From Dehalococcoidia bacterium (GTDB taxonomy: Bacteria > Chloroflexota > Dehalococcoidia > Plut-88900), in NCBI GenBank assembly GCA_965197585.1, contig OZ240215.1:288001-352000 (forward strand): a DNA stretch of 64,000 nucleotides. Reading direction: 5' to 3'. Both the position numbers and the translations under genes were made by a program. The notes under the pieces were generated by a model. The model did no database searches. It had not been told where the DNA came from and saw only the letters and a list, made by a program, of their open reading frames with translations. This document shows positions 1 through 9,736 of the stretch, piece after piece (position 1 is the stretch's first letter; each line of letters opens with the position of its first letter).

Positions 1-719
1 ATCACCGTGGAAGAAGCGAGGGCGATCATAGATGGTGTGGAAGACGAGAAGGTGAAGTCGGAACTCCTCGGGTTCATACTCCATATGTCGGGAATCGAGC
101 GCCAACAATGGGTGCCGAGCCTTTGTGACAAAAGCCTTGTTGAAGTGCGGGCGCTGGCTGGCGATTTCGGTTGGAGCAACCCTCCGCAAGCGGACAAGCC
201 CTTCGCAGACCATGTGGCGGAAATCGTCCCTGATGGCAGCACCATCCAGATAGGAGTCGGAAGTCCGGGCCGGTATCTGGCCCGGCTGGGCGCCTTCGAC
301 TCCAAGAAAGACCTGGGTTGGCACTCGGAGATGGCCACGCCCGGCGTCCTCGATCTCGTGCGGGATGGCATCCTGAACGGCAGCCGAAAGACCATTCACC
401 GGGACAAGCTGGTCGGGACCAGCGTTGACGGCTCCAGCCCAAAGGAGATCGAGTGGGCCCACAACAACCCCCTCATAGAGCTCTACGACGCCGAATACGT
501 GGTGAACATCCGCACCGTGTCCGCCCACGAAAACTACTACGCAATCAACAACGCCATATCCATCGACCTGACCGGTCAGATTAACTCAGAGACCATCGGG
601 ACCCGGATGTGGAACGGGACCGGGGGCCAGACCGAGCTGCACATGGGAGCCGTTCTCTCGAAGGGTGGCATGGCCATCACCCTGCTTCGGTCAACTGCGG
701 CCAGAGGCACGATATCTAG

Positions 720-1914
720 GAAACCTCTGAACAAGTATAGGGGCATAGGTAATAGTAAGATAAGGGGACTAACGCCAAAGCTGGGGAGAGATTTGATGGA
801 GCAGCCCACATTTGCAGACTTGGAATACGAGGGCAAGAAGCGAAAGACCCGCCGGGAGATATTTCTGGAGCGGATGGAGGACCTGGTTCCATGGGGAAAG
901 TTGGAGGAGCGAATCCGGCCCTACTATTCCAGGGCGGGCCGTGGACGGAGGCCCTACGAGTTATCCGTGATGCTGCGGATACACTGCGTGCAGTTGTTCT
1001 ACAACCTGAGCGATCCGGGCATGGAGGACATGCTCTACGAGGTGGAGTCGGTGAGGCGGTTCACAGGTCTGAGGCTGTCCGGCCCCTTGCCTGACGAGAC
1101 TACGATACTGAACTTCCGCCATCTGCTGGAAGAGCAGGAGTTGGGTCGGGGGCTGTTCGAGGAGATCAACCGTCATCTGGAGTCTCGGGGACTGAGGCTC
1201 AGGGAGGGTACGATTGTGGATGCGAGCATCATCGAGGCGCCGGCGTCTACGAAGAACCGTACTGGAGAGCGAGACCCCGATATGCACCAGGTGAAGAAGG
1301 GGAAGGAGTGGCACTTCGGGATGAAAGTGCACATTGGTGCAGACGCTGACACGGGGGTAGTGCACAGTATGAGTACGACAGCTGCGAACGTGCATGACGT
1401 GACGGAGGCGCACCGGCTGCTGCATGGAGGGGAGAGGCGAGTGTGGGGAGATGCGGGATATCAGGGAGTGGAGAAGCGGGCGGAGAATCGGGATATGGAT
1501 GTGGAGTGGCGGGTGGCGATGAGACCCGGACAGCGTCGGAAACTGAGGGCGGGGAGCTGCGAAGCCTTGGCGGAGAAGAGCAAATCATCCATCAGGGCTA
1601 AGGTGGAGCATCCGTTCCTGTACGTGAAACGGCACTTCGGCTACGCCAAGGTCCGCTACAGGGGCCTGTACAAGAACACGCAACGGGTGGCGATGCTGCT
1701 GGGGCTGGCCAACTTGGTAAGGGCCGAGCGCCACTTAGCGGTGTGACGGGGAAGCAGTGTGCCCAAATCCAGGTTGATGGTGACTGGATGCCCTGACAGG
1801 CCAGAACATAGGATGCAAATAAGCCTCCGGGACGCAACATTACGACCCAACCTCTCCTCAAAACTCCATGCAAGACAACTTAAGCTGGTTTACAGTGAGT
1901 TGTTCAGAGGTTCC
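720..1914 (+). mobile_element. IS5-family insertion sequence
   Basis: 15-bp terminal inverted repeats GAAACCTCTGAACAA (720-734) and TTGTTCAGAGGTTCC (1900-1914), one mismatch. CTAG duplicated at 716-719 and 1915-1918. Single transposase ORF. Confidence 0.95.
796..1746 (+). CDS. IS5-family DDE transposase
   Basis: MEQPTFADLEY..KKRKTRREIFL, PDETTILNFRHLLE, GTIVDASII, WHFGMKVHIG, WGDAGYQG, IRAKVEHPF, KVRYRGL motifs. Confidence 0.95.
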   Translation: MEQPTFADLEYEGKKRKTRREIFLERMEDLVPWGKLEERIRPYYSRAGRGRRPYELSVMLRIHCVQLFYNLSDPGMEDMLYEVESVRRFTGLRLSGPLPDETTILNFRHLLEEQELGRGLFEEINRHLESRGLRLREGTIVDASIIEAPASTKNRTGERDPDMHQVKKGKEWHFGMKVHIGADADTGVVHSMSTTAANVHDVTEAHRLLHGGERRVWGDAGYQGVEKRAENRDMDVEWRVAMRPGQRRKLRAGSCEALAEKSKSSIRAKVEHPFLYVKRHFGYAKVRYRGLYKNTQRVAMLLGLANLVRAERHLAV

Positions 1915-2177
1915 CTAGAATCGTCCCTCAACTCCCCGAGGGTGGGGTCGTCACCATACCTCGCACCTTCGCTGACACGATAGTCACTGAGTACGGCGTC
2001 GCCCGACTCCTCGGCAAGTCCCTGAGAGAACGGGCGGAGGAACTCATCTCCGTAGCCCACCCCGACTTCCGAAGCGACCTCCGTAAAGCCGCCCAAAAAC
2101 TCTTCTATCCTTGATATTGCCCCCCACGTATGAGAGACCCTCGGTTAAGCTAGGTCAAGCGAGCCTTTGCACTCCAG

Positions 2178-3011
2178 ATGGAAGGAGAAGCGCCAATGAG
2201 TTCTTCCGAGAAAAGCCTGATAGACGCCAACCCGGAGCCATTCAGAATGAACCTCGAGTTCTACGACGATATCCGAACAAGGGTTTTCGAGCGCAAGCTG
2301 CTGCAAAGATCAATAATTCCACCTGACAATGGGAGAGGATTCAGGGTAGACAAGGGTCAAACTTTTAGAATCATCCAGGAAGAAGGACCACAAGTTGTAG
2401 ACGTATGTCTCTGGAACGCCGACTGTCCTCAGCGGGAGTCGCTAAGCCTGAATCGCACCCTTCTTGCAGATGGGTTGTTCATCACGACCAATGCCAGGCT
2501 TTGGTCCGACCTCCCCATGTATCGACCCATTGCCACCTGTATCGCGGACACAGTGGAAACCGGCCCGGCCGACGAGGGATGGCACGCGCATTTCTCGGGG
2601 AGTCATTGCGCTTCAGAGGTCTGGGAGCTGACGTTCGGCGTGCCCGGTTTAAACGGATGTCACCTCAATCTTTTGCAGGGCGCGGAATCTATGGGCCTTA
2701 CCGAGGAAGACGTAATCGGCGACAACATCAACCTCTTCATGAAGATGCGCATTGATGGTTTGACGGGCCGTCGATACTTCAGCAAGACCGACGCGAAGAA
2801 AGGCGACCACATAGAGTTTTACGCAGAAATCGACCTGCTGATATCCGTCTCAGTCTGCCCCGACGGCGATAGCAGCTTGATCCCCGAAACTTTCCACAAG
2901 CTCCCAATCGCCGTCGAAATCTATGAAACAGGCATTACTCCAAAGGAGTTCGCAAAGTGGACGGATTGGCGCCCCGACTGGAAGGGAAGCTGGGAAGCGT
3001 CCAGAGCATAG
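2178..3011 (+). CDS. DUF1989 / urea-carboxylase-associated family protein
   Basis: GQTFRII..EGPQVVD, HFSGSHC, GCHLNL, DNINLFM, GDHIEFYAEIDLLISVSVCP pattern. Start may be the ATG at 2196. Confidence 0.75.
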   Translation: MEGEAPMSSSEKSLIDANPEPFRMNLEFYDDIRTRVFERKLLQRSIIPPDNGRGFRVDKGQTFRIIQEEGPQVVDVCLWNADCPQRESLSLNRTLLADGLFITTNARLWSDLPMYRPIATCIADTVETGPADEGWHAHFSGSHCASEVWELTFGVPGLNGCHLNLLQGAESMGLTEEDVIGDNINLFMKMRIDGLTGRRYFSKTDAKKGDHIEFYAEIDLLISVSVCPDGDSSLIPETFHKLPIAVEIYETGITPKEFAKWTDWRPDWKGSWEASRA

Positions 3012-4188
3012 TGCTCTTCGGTAGGCCAAGCAACACCGTAGCCGGGACGTTCCGGCGGGTGGTGTCAATTTGGATCATGGTCAGAGGCATAGCCCCTTGA
3101 TCCCTACCCCCGACATCCTCGAAAACCATTTCATCGTAGGGTGAGCCCTCGTCCTTAAGCGCCGTCAGAGAGACTTGTATTCCCCGACCCACGATCTTCG
3201 CCATCATCTCCACGAACCCGAACATCGCCCTGTGTATCTCTACGGATGCCTTCTCCACCTCGAACAGACGCCTGCGGGTTATCCGTAAGATGTGCTTGCC
3301 CGGCGAGGGAGACGTAAGCTCCGCCTCGTCCCCGGCCATGTCCGTGAGATGCTTCATGAAGGTGGCCAGTGCACCGGCATCCGAGCCCTTGATACCCAGC
3401 TCATCTAGCAACCGTCTGCCGTATTGGATGGCAATGCCCCGATAAGATTTCTCTACAATCCCGACAACCGTGGGGGCGTCCAGAACTTCGACGAGGGACA
3501 ATATGCTCACCTCCACGTACCCCCGCCCGAAATTGCGCTTGGACTTGGCTATCCGGTCCGGGGGCCAGACCTCGGGATCGAGCTTCGGTGCAGTCTCGGG
3601 GTCAAACGGCGGCATGGTTTCAGAAGGGTCGAACCTGAAGCGCTCCTCCTCCGTGAGTTCATGGTCGTACTCCAGGAAGTAGCCTTCGGCGTAGGGCTCA
3701 CCGTCCGCGAAACCTCTGCACAGAACGAAGCCCAGGCGGGGTTTGTTAAGCCGGACTCCGTTGTAAGGATGCCAGCCTTCGAACGGCGCCCGACCCACGC
3801 TCGGCGGATTGGCGAGCCACCCCGTCCCGTCAGGCACATAGGGTCCGTTATACCGGATCCACGCCTTCTTGGGAGACTCCACCACCATCTCCAAATCGAT
3901 CCCTCCCAGGCCGTTGGAGAAATAGTGGTATTTCGCCGCAACTACCGCCGCAGGTTCCTTGTCTGGGTCGATTCCCAGCTTCTTCAGCCCGTCGATGAAG
4001 TGGCCTTGGGAATGCCTGTTAAGCATAGTAAAACGCCACTTCACAACCGCCTCTTCTCCATGCTTAAAGAGCGTAACTACCGTCATCCCCCCGACCCAAA
4101 GCCAGTACAGCCGGGAGATAAAGTCACACTGGCCCTCTAATGACCACTTATCGGGGGACATCGTAGCGTCGGCTGCCATCAGTTCCAT
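2935..4188 (-). CDS. Hypothetical protein
   Basis: Long ORF with protein-like composition downstream of the CoA-transferase genes. No family recognised. Confidence 0.6.
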   Translation of the reverse strand: MELMAADATMSPDKWSLEGQCDFISRLYWLWVGGMTVVTLFKHGEEAVVKWRFTMLNRHSQGHFIDGLKKLGIDPDKEPAAVVAAKYHYFSNGLGGIDLEMVVESPKKAWIRYNGPYVPDGTGWLANPPSVGRAPFEGWHPYNGVRLNKPRLGFVLCRGFADGEPYAEGYFLEYDHELTEEERFRFDPSETMPPFDPETAPKLDPEVWPPDRIAKSKRNFGRGYVEVSILSLVEVLDAPTVVGIVEKSYRGIAIQYGRRLLDELGIKGSDAGALATFMKHLTDMAGDEAELTSPSPGKHILRITRRRLFEVEKASVEIHRAMFGFVEMMAKIVGRGIQVSLTALKDEGSPYDEMVFEDVGGRDQGAMPLTMIQIDTTRRNVPATVLLGLPKSTMLWTLPSFPSSRGANPSTLRTPLE

Positions 4189-4312
4189 CTCCTTCGGAGA
4201 ACACTTGCTTTAGTCTGTACGCAGAGGGTGGAGAGAAAAGCCAGATTTCAAGCGCGCTTGTCTCACCTTAACTTTTAGGTGCGGAAGCCTCGCCCCTCTC
4301 GGTGCGGTGCCA

Positions 4313-5599
4313 CTAGACCGGCGGCCTGGTGACCATCAGCCCCGCTTCCGCCAACAGGTCTGCATGTGCCGTCCCCATGCTCAGCAGGTCTGTAACCACA
4401 TACCCGTTGTGCTCGCCCAGCGTGGGTGCAGGCCTGTGCAGCACTATTGGTGTCCTGGAAAGCTGGATTGGGGCCCCTAGAAATTGCATGGTTTCAGCCT
4501 TGGAGAGAGGTACGTCCCATATGTAGCCCCGCTCCCTCAGATGAGGGTCTTCCGCCACGTCCTGGTTCGTAAACACCGCTCCGGCAGCTATCCCCCTCGA
4601 CTGAAGAGAATGCATCACTTCTTTATAGTCCTTGTCGGCTGTCCACAGGGAGATGTTGGCATCCAGCTCCTCCCAGTTGTCCCGACGCCCTTCCTGGTCC
4701 GCAAACTTCTCGCTTCGCGTCCACTCGGGACTGCCTACGACTTCGCAAAATAACGTCCATTCCTCGTCGTTCGCCACCGAGATTGCCACCCACTTGTCGT
4801 CTCCCCTGCACCTGTAGCACCCGTTTGGAGCAAAAACGAGATGCCTGTTTCCCATCCTCTCCGGCTCCTCCCTGTTCATGCTGTAGGCCATTAAGTGCTC
4901 GCCTATCAGCCCTATCATGGATTCGCTTTGAGAGAGGTCTACATATTGCCCTTTGCCTGTACGCCTCCGGTGAAAGAGTGCTGTGACCATGGCCGAAGCC
5001 GCATGTACGCCGGCGCTCGGATCGGCGTACGCCTCGCCATGCCGCATGGGCCCCGTTCCCGCGTACCCCATCAAGTGTGTGATCCCTGCGTTCGGTTCTA
5101 TATCGCTTCCGTAGCTCACGAAGTGCCCCTGGGGCCCATACGTCCCGAAACCCGGCATTGAGACCATGATTATGGATGGGTTCAGTTTCTTGAGGGAGGG
5201 ATAGTCAAATCCGAAGTTCCTCATTACCCTCGCGCTGTAGTTCTCCAGGACCACGTCAGAGATGAGGACCAGGTTGCGGAATATCTCCTTGCACTCCTCC
5301 GAGGTCAGGTCCAGGGTCAGGCTCAGTTTGTTGCGGTGGTATTCGTTGAAGGGCGCATAGCGATTGTAAGGTTCATCGCCGGGGTCGTTGTTGGGATAAG
5401 GGGCATGAACTACCCGCATGTATTTCAAGGGTTGGGGAGGGTCCACGTTGGCCGGCCCCCGACCCGCCGGAGCCTCGATCTTGATTACCTCAGCCCCGAA
5501 GTCTGCCAGGAAACGGCCCCCGATTGGGCCTGCCCAGCCCCGGGTCAGGTCCAGGACCCGCACACCCTTTAGAGACGATTGTTTTGATGCGTCCTTCAT
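4313..5599 (-). CDS. CaiB/BaiF family III CoA-transferase
   Basis: LKGVRVLDLT..WAGP, ADFGAEVIKIE, NKLSLTLDL, DVVLENY, GQYVDLS, PAPTLGEHN. Confidence 0.92.
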   Translation of the reverse strand: MKDASKQSSLKGVRVLDLTRGWAGPIGGRFLADFGAEVIKIEAPAGRGPANVDPPQPLKYMRVVHAPYPNNDPGDEPYNRYAPFNEYHRNKLSLTLDLTSEECKEIFRNLVLISDVVLENYSARVMRNFGFDYPSLKKLNPSIIMVSMPGFGTYGPQGHFVSYGSDIEPNAGITHLMGYAGTGPMRHGEAYADPSAGVHAASAMVTALFHRRRTGKGQYVDLSQSESMIGLIGEHLMAYSMNREEPERMGNRHLVFAPNGCYRCRGDDKWVAISVANDEEWTLFCEVVGSPEWTRSEKFADQEGRRDNWEELDANISLWTADKDYKEVMHSLQSRGIAAGAVFTNQDVAEDPHLRERGYIWDVPLSKAETMQFLGAPIQLSRTPIVLHRPAPTLGEHNGYVVTDLLSMGTAHADLLAEAGLMVTRPPV

Positions 5600-5630
5600 A
5601 TATGGTATGGCTCTTTCCGCCTCTGACGGA

Positions 5631-6842
5631 TTAAATTACTTTCGCTTCCCTCAGTCGAGCCATCTCCTTCGGACTCAAGCCCAGGTTGTTCACGTAGATA
5701 TCCTCATTATGCTCTCCGAGAAGCGGAGCCCGACTCAGTTGAAAGGGCGTATCGGTCATCTTGAACGGAGCGCCGGGATAGGTCTGCCGCCCCGCGTGTG
5801 GATGTTCGACGTCCACCCAGAAGTCCCTTGCGGCCAGCTGGACGTCGCTCATCAGTTGCTCACAGTTGTTGAGCCTCCCTGACGGTATCCTCAACTCTTG
5901 GGCTCGCCTGACTATTTCGTCGGCAGTGTGTTCCATTAACCACGGCAGCAGGATATCGTCAAATTCATCCGCGATGTTCCAGCGGTCGTGACGGTCTGCA
6001 TATCTGGGCTCATCCAGCAGGTCGGGCCTCTCTATCAAGAGCATCAGGTTGTCGTACTGGTCGGGTGTGGCTATGCTGATCGAAACATATCCGTCCATGC
6101 ATGGATACAACGCCAGGGGATGTATCCCGACCGGATGGCGGTTGCCTGCTCTTTCATTCTGAATGCCCACGTGAGTCCAGACCACTATGGCGAATTCATG
6201 GAAATAGGCCATTGCCTCCATCACGGAAACGTCGATGTACTGCCCCTCCCCGCTCTCCTCCCGCCAGTAAAGCGCTGCGGCAATTGCATTGTAAGCTTGC
6301 ACCGCAGTCTCGTATTCCGGGATATGGCCGCTGCCCGTTAACGGTTCCCTGTCGGGCTCGCCGTTCATATACATCAGCCCCGTGACTGCGTAGCTGATCA
6401 TCGAGTTAGCTTTGTAGTCCCGATAAGGGCCCGTCTGCCCGAAACCCGTGATCGAGGTCATCACTAGACCCGGGTTGATGCCTTCCAAGGTGCCATAGCC
6501 CAGCCCCATCTCAGCCATCGACCCGGGCGGTAAGTCCTCCACTACCACGTCCGCCTTTGCAATCAGTTTCTTGAAAGTCTCCACACCCGAGGCGGTTTTG
6601 AGGTCGAGAGTAATGCTCTTCTTGCCCGTGTTCAGGTACAAGAAGGGAGCGCTGGTCTCCTGGTGGGGAACGTGGTCAAGGAAAGGGCCCGTCCTCCTGA
6701 AGCTATCGCCTCCGGAAGGGTTCTCTATCTTGATAACCTCCGCCCCGAATGAGGCCATCATCTTGGTGCAATAGGGAGCGGCCAACCCCTGACCCAGTTC
6801 CAGCACCTTTATCCCGTCCAGCGCCCCTTGAGTACTTGTCAT
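5631..6842 (-). CDS. CaiB/BaiF family III CoA-transferase (possible partner subunit)
   Basis: LDGIKVLELG, FGAEVIKIE, GKKSITLDL, SITGFGQTGPY, RAPLLGEHN. Confidence 0.92.
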   Translation of the reverse strand: MTSTQGALDGIKVLELGQGLAAPYCTKMMASFGAEVIKIENPSGGDSFRRTGPFLDHVPHQETSAPFLYLNTGKKSITLDLKTASGVETFKKLIAKADVVVEDLPPGSMAEMGLGYGTLEGINPGLVMTSITGFGQTGPYRDYKANSMISYAVTGLMYMNGEPDREPLTGSGHIPEYETAVQAYNAIAAALYWREESGEGQYIDVSVMEAMAYFHEFAIVVWTHVGIQNERAGNRHPVGIHPLALYPCMDGYVSISIATPDQYDNLMLLIERPDLLDEPRYADRHDRWNIADEFDDILLPWLMEHTADEIVRRAQELRIPSGRLNNCEQLMSDVQLAARDFWVDVEHPHAGRQTYPGAPFKMTDTPFQLSRAPLLGEHNEDIYVNNLGLSPKEMARLREAKVI

Positions 6843-6849
6843 AATGCCT

Positions 6850-7290
6850 TCAGTTAACGGGGACGCTGGCCTTGCCCACTATCACCTTGTCCCCATCCTG
6901 ATTTTCCAGCCAGATGTCCAAATATACGTGGTCGGCAGCATCCCCTTCCGCCGGGTCTCTGACGACACCCTTGGCCGTTAGCTCATCTCCCCCGCAAACC
7001 CAGTTGATGAAAGTGCAAGATAAGTTGCCGCCTTTGAGCCAACGCTCACCAAATGAATTAAAGAGCATTTCCCAGCCCACCCTCATAGTGTCGACGCCCC
7101 CGGCCACGACATCCCGTGCCCCGAGCGAGTGGGCGGTTTCAGTGTCGTTATGAATGTTCTTTCCCGCGAACGATTGTCCCCACAGCGACTCCCTCCCCCT
7201 GCTGTTGGATATTATGTCCTCGGCTGAAATCTTCCTGGTCAATGAAGGGAGGCTAAACCCCGGTACCAACTCCCCCGCTGCGACTGTCAT
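6850..7290 (-). CDS. MaoC/hotdog-fold dehydratase-like protein
   Basis: NIHND..A...G...VVAGG hydratase-like motif, GDELTAKGVV, ENQDGDKVIVG. Confidence 0.75.
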   Translation of the reverse strand: MTVAAGELVPGFSLPSLTRKISAEDIISNSRGRESLWGQSFAGKNIHNDTETAHSLGARDVVAGGVDTMRVGWEMLFNSFGERWLKGGNLSCTFINWVCGGDELTAKGVVRDPAEGDAADHVYLDIWLENQDGDKVIVGKASVPVN

Positions 7291-7354
7291 ACTTTATCCC
7301 TTTCCTTTCGACGCCCATTCCAATAAGACTAACGCTCACTTTTTGTGGCATGCG

Positions 7355-7756
7355 TCATAGGCTTAAGAGCAGCGTATTCTTGCTTTTGACTATCTCCCGC
7401 CCGTCCTCGTCGCAAGTGGTCGTTTCAAATACCAGGAAGTCCTTGCCCCTCTTGATGAATTTGTCGGAGACCGCTCCGGTTACGATCAGATCCTTGCCGA
7501 TCATGGGTGGGTTGATGTAATGATTTTCGGCCTTGGTGTGGATGGCGTCCCCCACGTTGTATTGGATCATGAATGCTAGGGAATAGTCGTTGTCCGTAAG
7601 GGCGCTCGGTGCGATAGGGCTGTCCCCTGAATACCGAGAACTGCTCAGCATCTCCTTGGAGGCGGCAAACGCCACCATCTCCCGGGTCACCCTGTAACGA
7701 TAGGGCCCTATCGTTTCCCCCACCTGCGCATCTTCCAACTTAAGCTTTTCTGCCAT
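7355..7756 (-). CDS. MaoC/hotdog-fold dehydratase-like protein (partner)
   Basis: AIHTK....INPP.IG..L.VTG.V.DKFIKRGKDFLVFE...DEDG pattern, adjacent to the other hotdog gene. Confidence 0.7.
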   Translation of the reverse strand: MAEKLKLEDAQVGETIGPYRYRVTREMVAFAASKEMLSSSRYSGDSPIAPSALTDNDYSLAFMIQYNVGDAIHTKAENHYINPPMIGKDLIVTGAVSDKFIKRGKDFLVFETTTCDEDGREIVKSKNTLLLSL

Positions 7757-8019
7757 AAAACATCCTTTGCAGCTATCTTGCTCGCCTGATTATCCACTAA
7801 GCGCTCTTACCTGGCATCGGTCGGTCTTGTACGACTCATTTTGTCGTAACTCTACCGTCCAGTCTCCATCCCTGCATACAGGTCTTGTACTGGGTGACAT
7901 CTGCGTTCCCGATGTCGATCAAAGGGCGACGGTACTAGACTCGACACACGGGTCGCTCTCCATCTGGCAAAGTTGACCGAAGTTGGGGCAGGGAATGACC
8001 CTACTTGGCCTTTGCCCCA

Positions 8020-8071
8020 TAAAAAGAAAGCGGTGAGGCCGGGCGACATTCTCATGACACCCGACCTCACC
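8020..8071 (-). terminator. Intrinsic terminator after the solute-binding protein gene
   Basis: Minus-strand stem GGTGAGGTCGGGTGTCAT / ATGTCGCCCGGCCTCACC followed by GCTTTCTTTTT. Confidence 0.65.
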
Positions 8072-8108
8072 AATTCTACTAATGACCTAAGACCAGCTCT
8101 CTACAGCT

Positions 8109-9542
8109 TTAGCTACCCGTAGTTTGCCAGGTGACGTAACGCTCAGTTTGCTCGGCGGTGACGCCGGTCTGCCATACTTCGTCCACTAGCCAGCCGTATT
8201 GGGCGTTAGCGGGTGAGGTGGGCAGGAACTGCCGCGCTTCGTCGAATTCCGGACCGGCAAGAAGCTCCCAGGATGCCTGGTTGATGGGGGAGTACTGGAT
8301 GTAGCGGGAAATCTGGTTGTTTATCTCCGGGAAGGAGAGGTATGCCATGATGAGCTGGGTAAGCTCAAACTTCTCCGGCTCGGCATCTCTCAAGCCGATG
8401 GGAATCACTTGGGCGAATGTGGTCATGAGGTGCCCGGCTTCCCAGGACATCTGCAGAGGATCGCCGTTAAGGATGGCTGCTCCGAAACGGCCATTGCCCG
8501 TGAGGCACATGTCCACCTCGCCTACGATCAGGAAGGTGGGGCAGTCGGAGGATCCGGCGGCATAGACGTTGATATGGGGCTTCAGCTCGTCCAGGTACGT
8601 GTAGGCTTCATCGATCTGTTCGAGGCTAAGGGTGCCGTCGGTTGTGCCTATGTGCTCGGGGTTTTCGCTCCAGTAGGCGGCCGTCACATAGCGCAGCCAC
8701 GTCCATCCACGACTGTCCAGAGCGCGGACGCCGGGGAAGGTCTCCACGTCAAAGAAGTCCTTCATGGACTTGGGCCGAGTCTCTTCGGTGTAAGTGTTCG
8801 TGCTGTATGCCAGCGGTTCGGAGGCTATTCCTCCTACGCCGGCGAAGTAGGCGTGGTCCCTCAGGATACCCGCAAAGCTCCGGTTGTCGACCACGCTCTT
8901 GTCCAGGGGTTCCAGGAGCCCGATCTCACCAAGTTCGGCGAAGACCGGAGTAGTCCCCAGGGCGAAGGTCCAGTCGAAGTTGCCGGTCTCGGCTATCAGT
9001 CGCAGCTTCGTATTCGGGTTGGTAGTCCCGTCCGCAATTACTTCAATGCCAAACTGTTCAGCAATGGGATCGAAATATGCCACTTGCTCTGCGGAAGTAT
9101 AGGCGCCGCCCCAAGTTCCGTAGGTTATGGTCTGGCCTCTGTAATTTTCCAGTTCCGCCTCTATCTCCTCGCGCGTCGCTGGATTTTCTATTGTCCAATC
9201 AGACGGGGGCCTTATAAGGCTCTCAGGCTCGGGCATCGCAGTGGGTTCCGGCATGGCGGTGGGCTCGGGCATTGCCGTGGGAACAGGTGTCGCCGTGGGC
9301 AACGGTGCCTCACCGGCGGCGGGGCCCTGTGGGCCTTGCGGGCCGGCGGGTCCGGCATCGCCTGTGGCGCCGGCTGCGCCGGCAACTCCGGAGGGACCGG
9401 CAGGACCTGGAGGGCCGGCAGGACCTGCACAGGCCGCTGCCACCAGTAGGACTATCAGCAGAATGCCCATAACCCCCAGGATGACGCGGCCCCTTGTCAT
9501 TTTCTTAGCTGTTTTTCCGATCTTGACCATTTTTCCTCCCAT
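8109..9542 (-). CDS. PotD/PotF-like extracellular solute-binding lipoprotein with collagen-like and PTAMPE linker
   Basis: Lipobox LVAAAC, G-X-Y run, PTAMPE x3, then TWGGAY...YFDP and DFFDVETFPGVRAL motifs. Confidence 0.8.
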   Translation of the reverse strand: MGGKMVKIGKTAKKMTRGRVILGVMGILLIVLLVAAACAGPAGPPGPAGPSGVAGAAGATGDAGPAGPQGPQGPAAGEAPLPTATPVPTAMPEPTAMPEPTAMPEPESLIRPPSDWTIENPATREEIEAELENYRGQTITYGTWGGAYTSAEQVAYFDPIAEQFGIEVIADGTTNPNTKLRLIAETGNFDWTFALGTTPVFAELGEIGLLEPLDKSVVDNRSFAGILRDHAYFAGVGGIASEPLAYSTNTYTEETRPKSMKDFFDVETFPGVRALDSRGWTWLRYVTAAYWSENPEHIGTTDGTLSLEQIDEAYTYLDELKPHINVYAAGSSDCPTFLIVGEVDMCLTGNGRFGAAILNGDPLQMSWEAGHLMTTFAQVIPIGLRDAEPEKFELTQLIMAYLSFPEINNQISRYIQYSPINQASWELLAGPEFDEARQFLPTSPANAQYGWLVDEVWQTGVTAEQTERYVTWQTTGS

Positions 9543-9736
9543 ATCCTAAAAAGCGCCTCTTCTGTGGGCGCAAGTTCGAATTCTAGGTGTCCTAGGTTAA
9601 CCCGTCAAGCCTGTCAGAAGCGGGGCGCCACTCTCATCACCTTGGCAATACTGTTGACGCAACTTCCTTTTGACATTACCTTTGTACAATCAAACGGTAT
9701 ACTCCACATTCTTTGGAACAACTCAGGAGATGAATT

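Larger units (their letters stand above)
1..2114 (+). pseudogene. Acetyl-CoA hydrolase/4-hydroxybutyrate CoA-transferase family gene interrupted by IS5 (5' end outside window)
   Basis: Motifs GSTIQIGVG, HSEM, NNAISIDLTGQ, GTGGQ up to 719. Removing 720-1918 restores the frame ...TISRIVPQLPEGGVVTIPRTFADTIVTEYGVA...VAHPDFR...LFYP* (TGA 2112-2114). Confidence 0.9.

Noticed and set aside
7-1746. 579-aa ORF as a natural single protein family
   Set aside because: It results from the IS5 insertion; TIRs, target duplication and the displaced 3' end are all visible.
7845-7870. Additional att arm (TCTACCGTCCAG)
   Set aside because: Only a short match, without the core or a partner arm.
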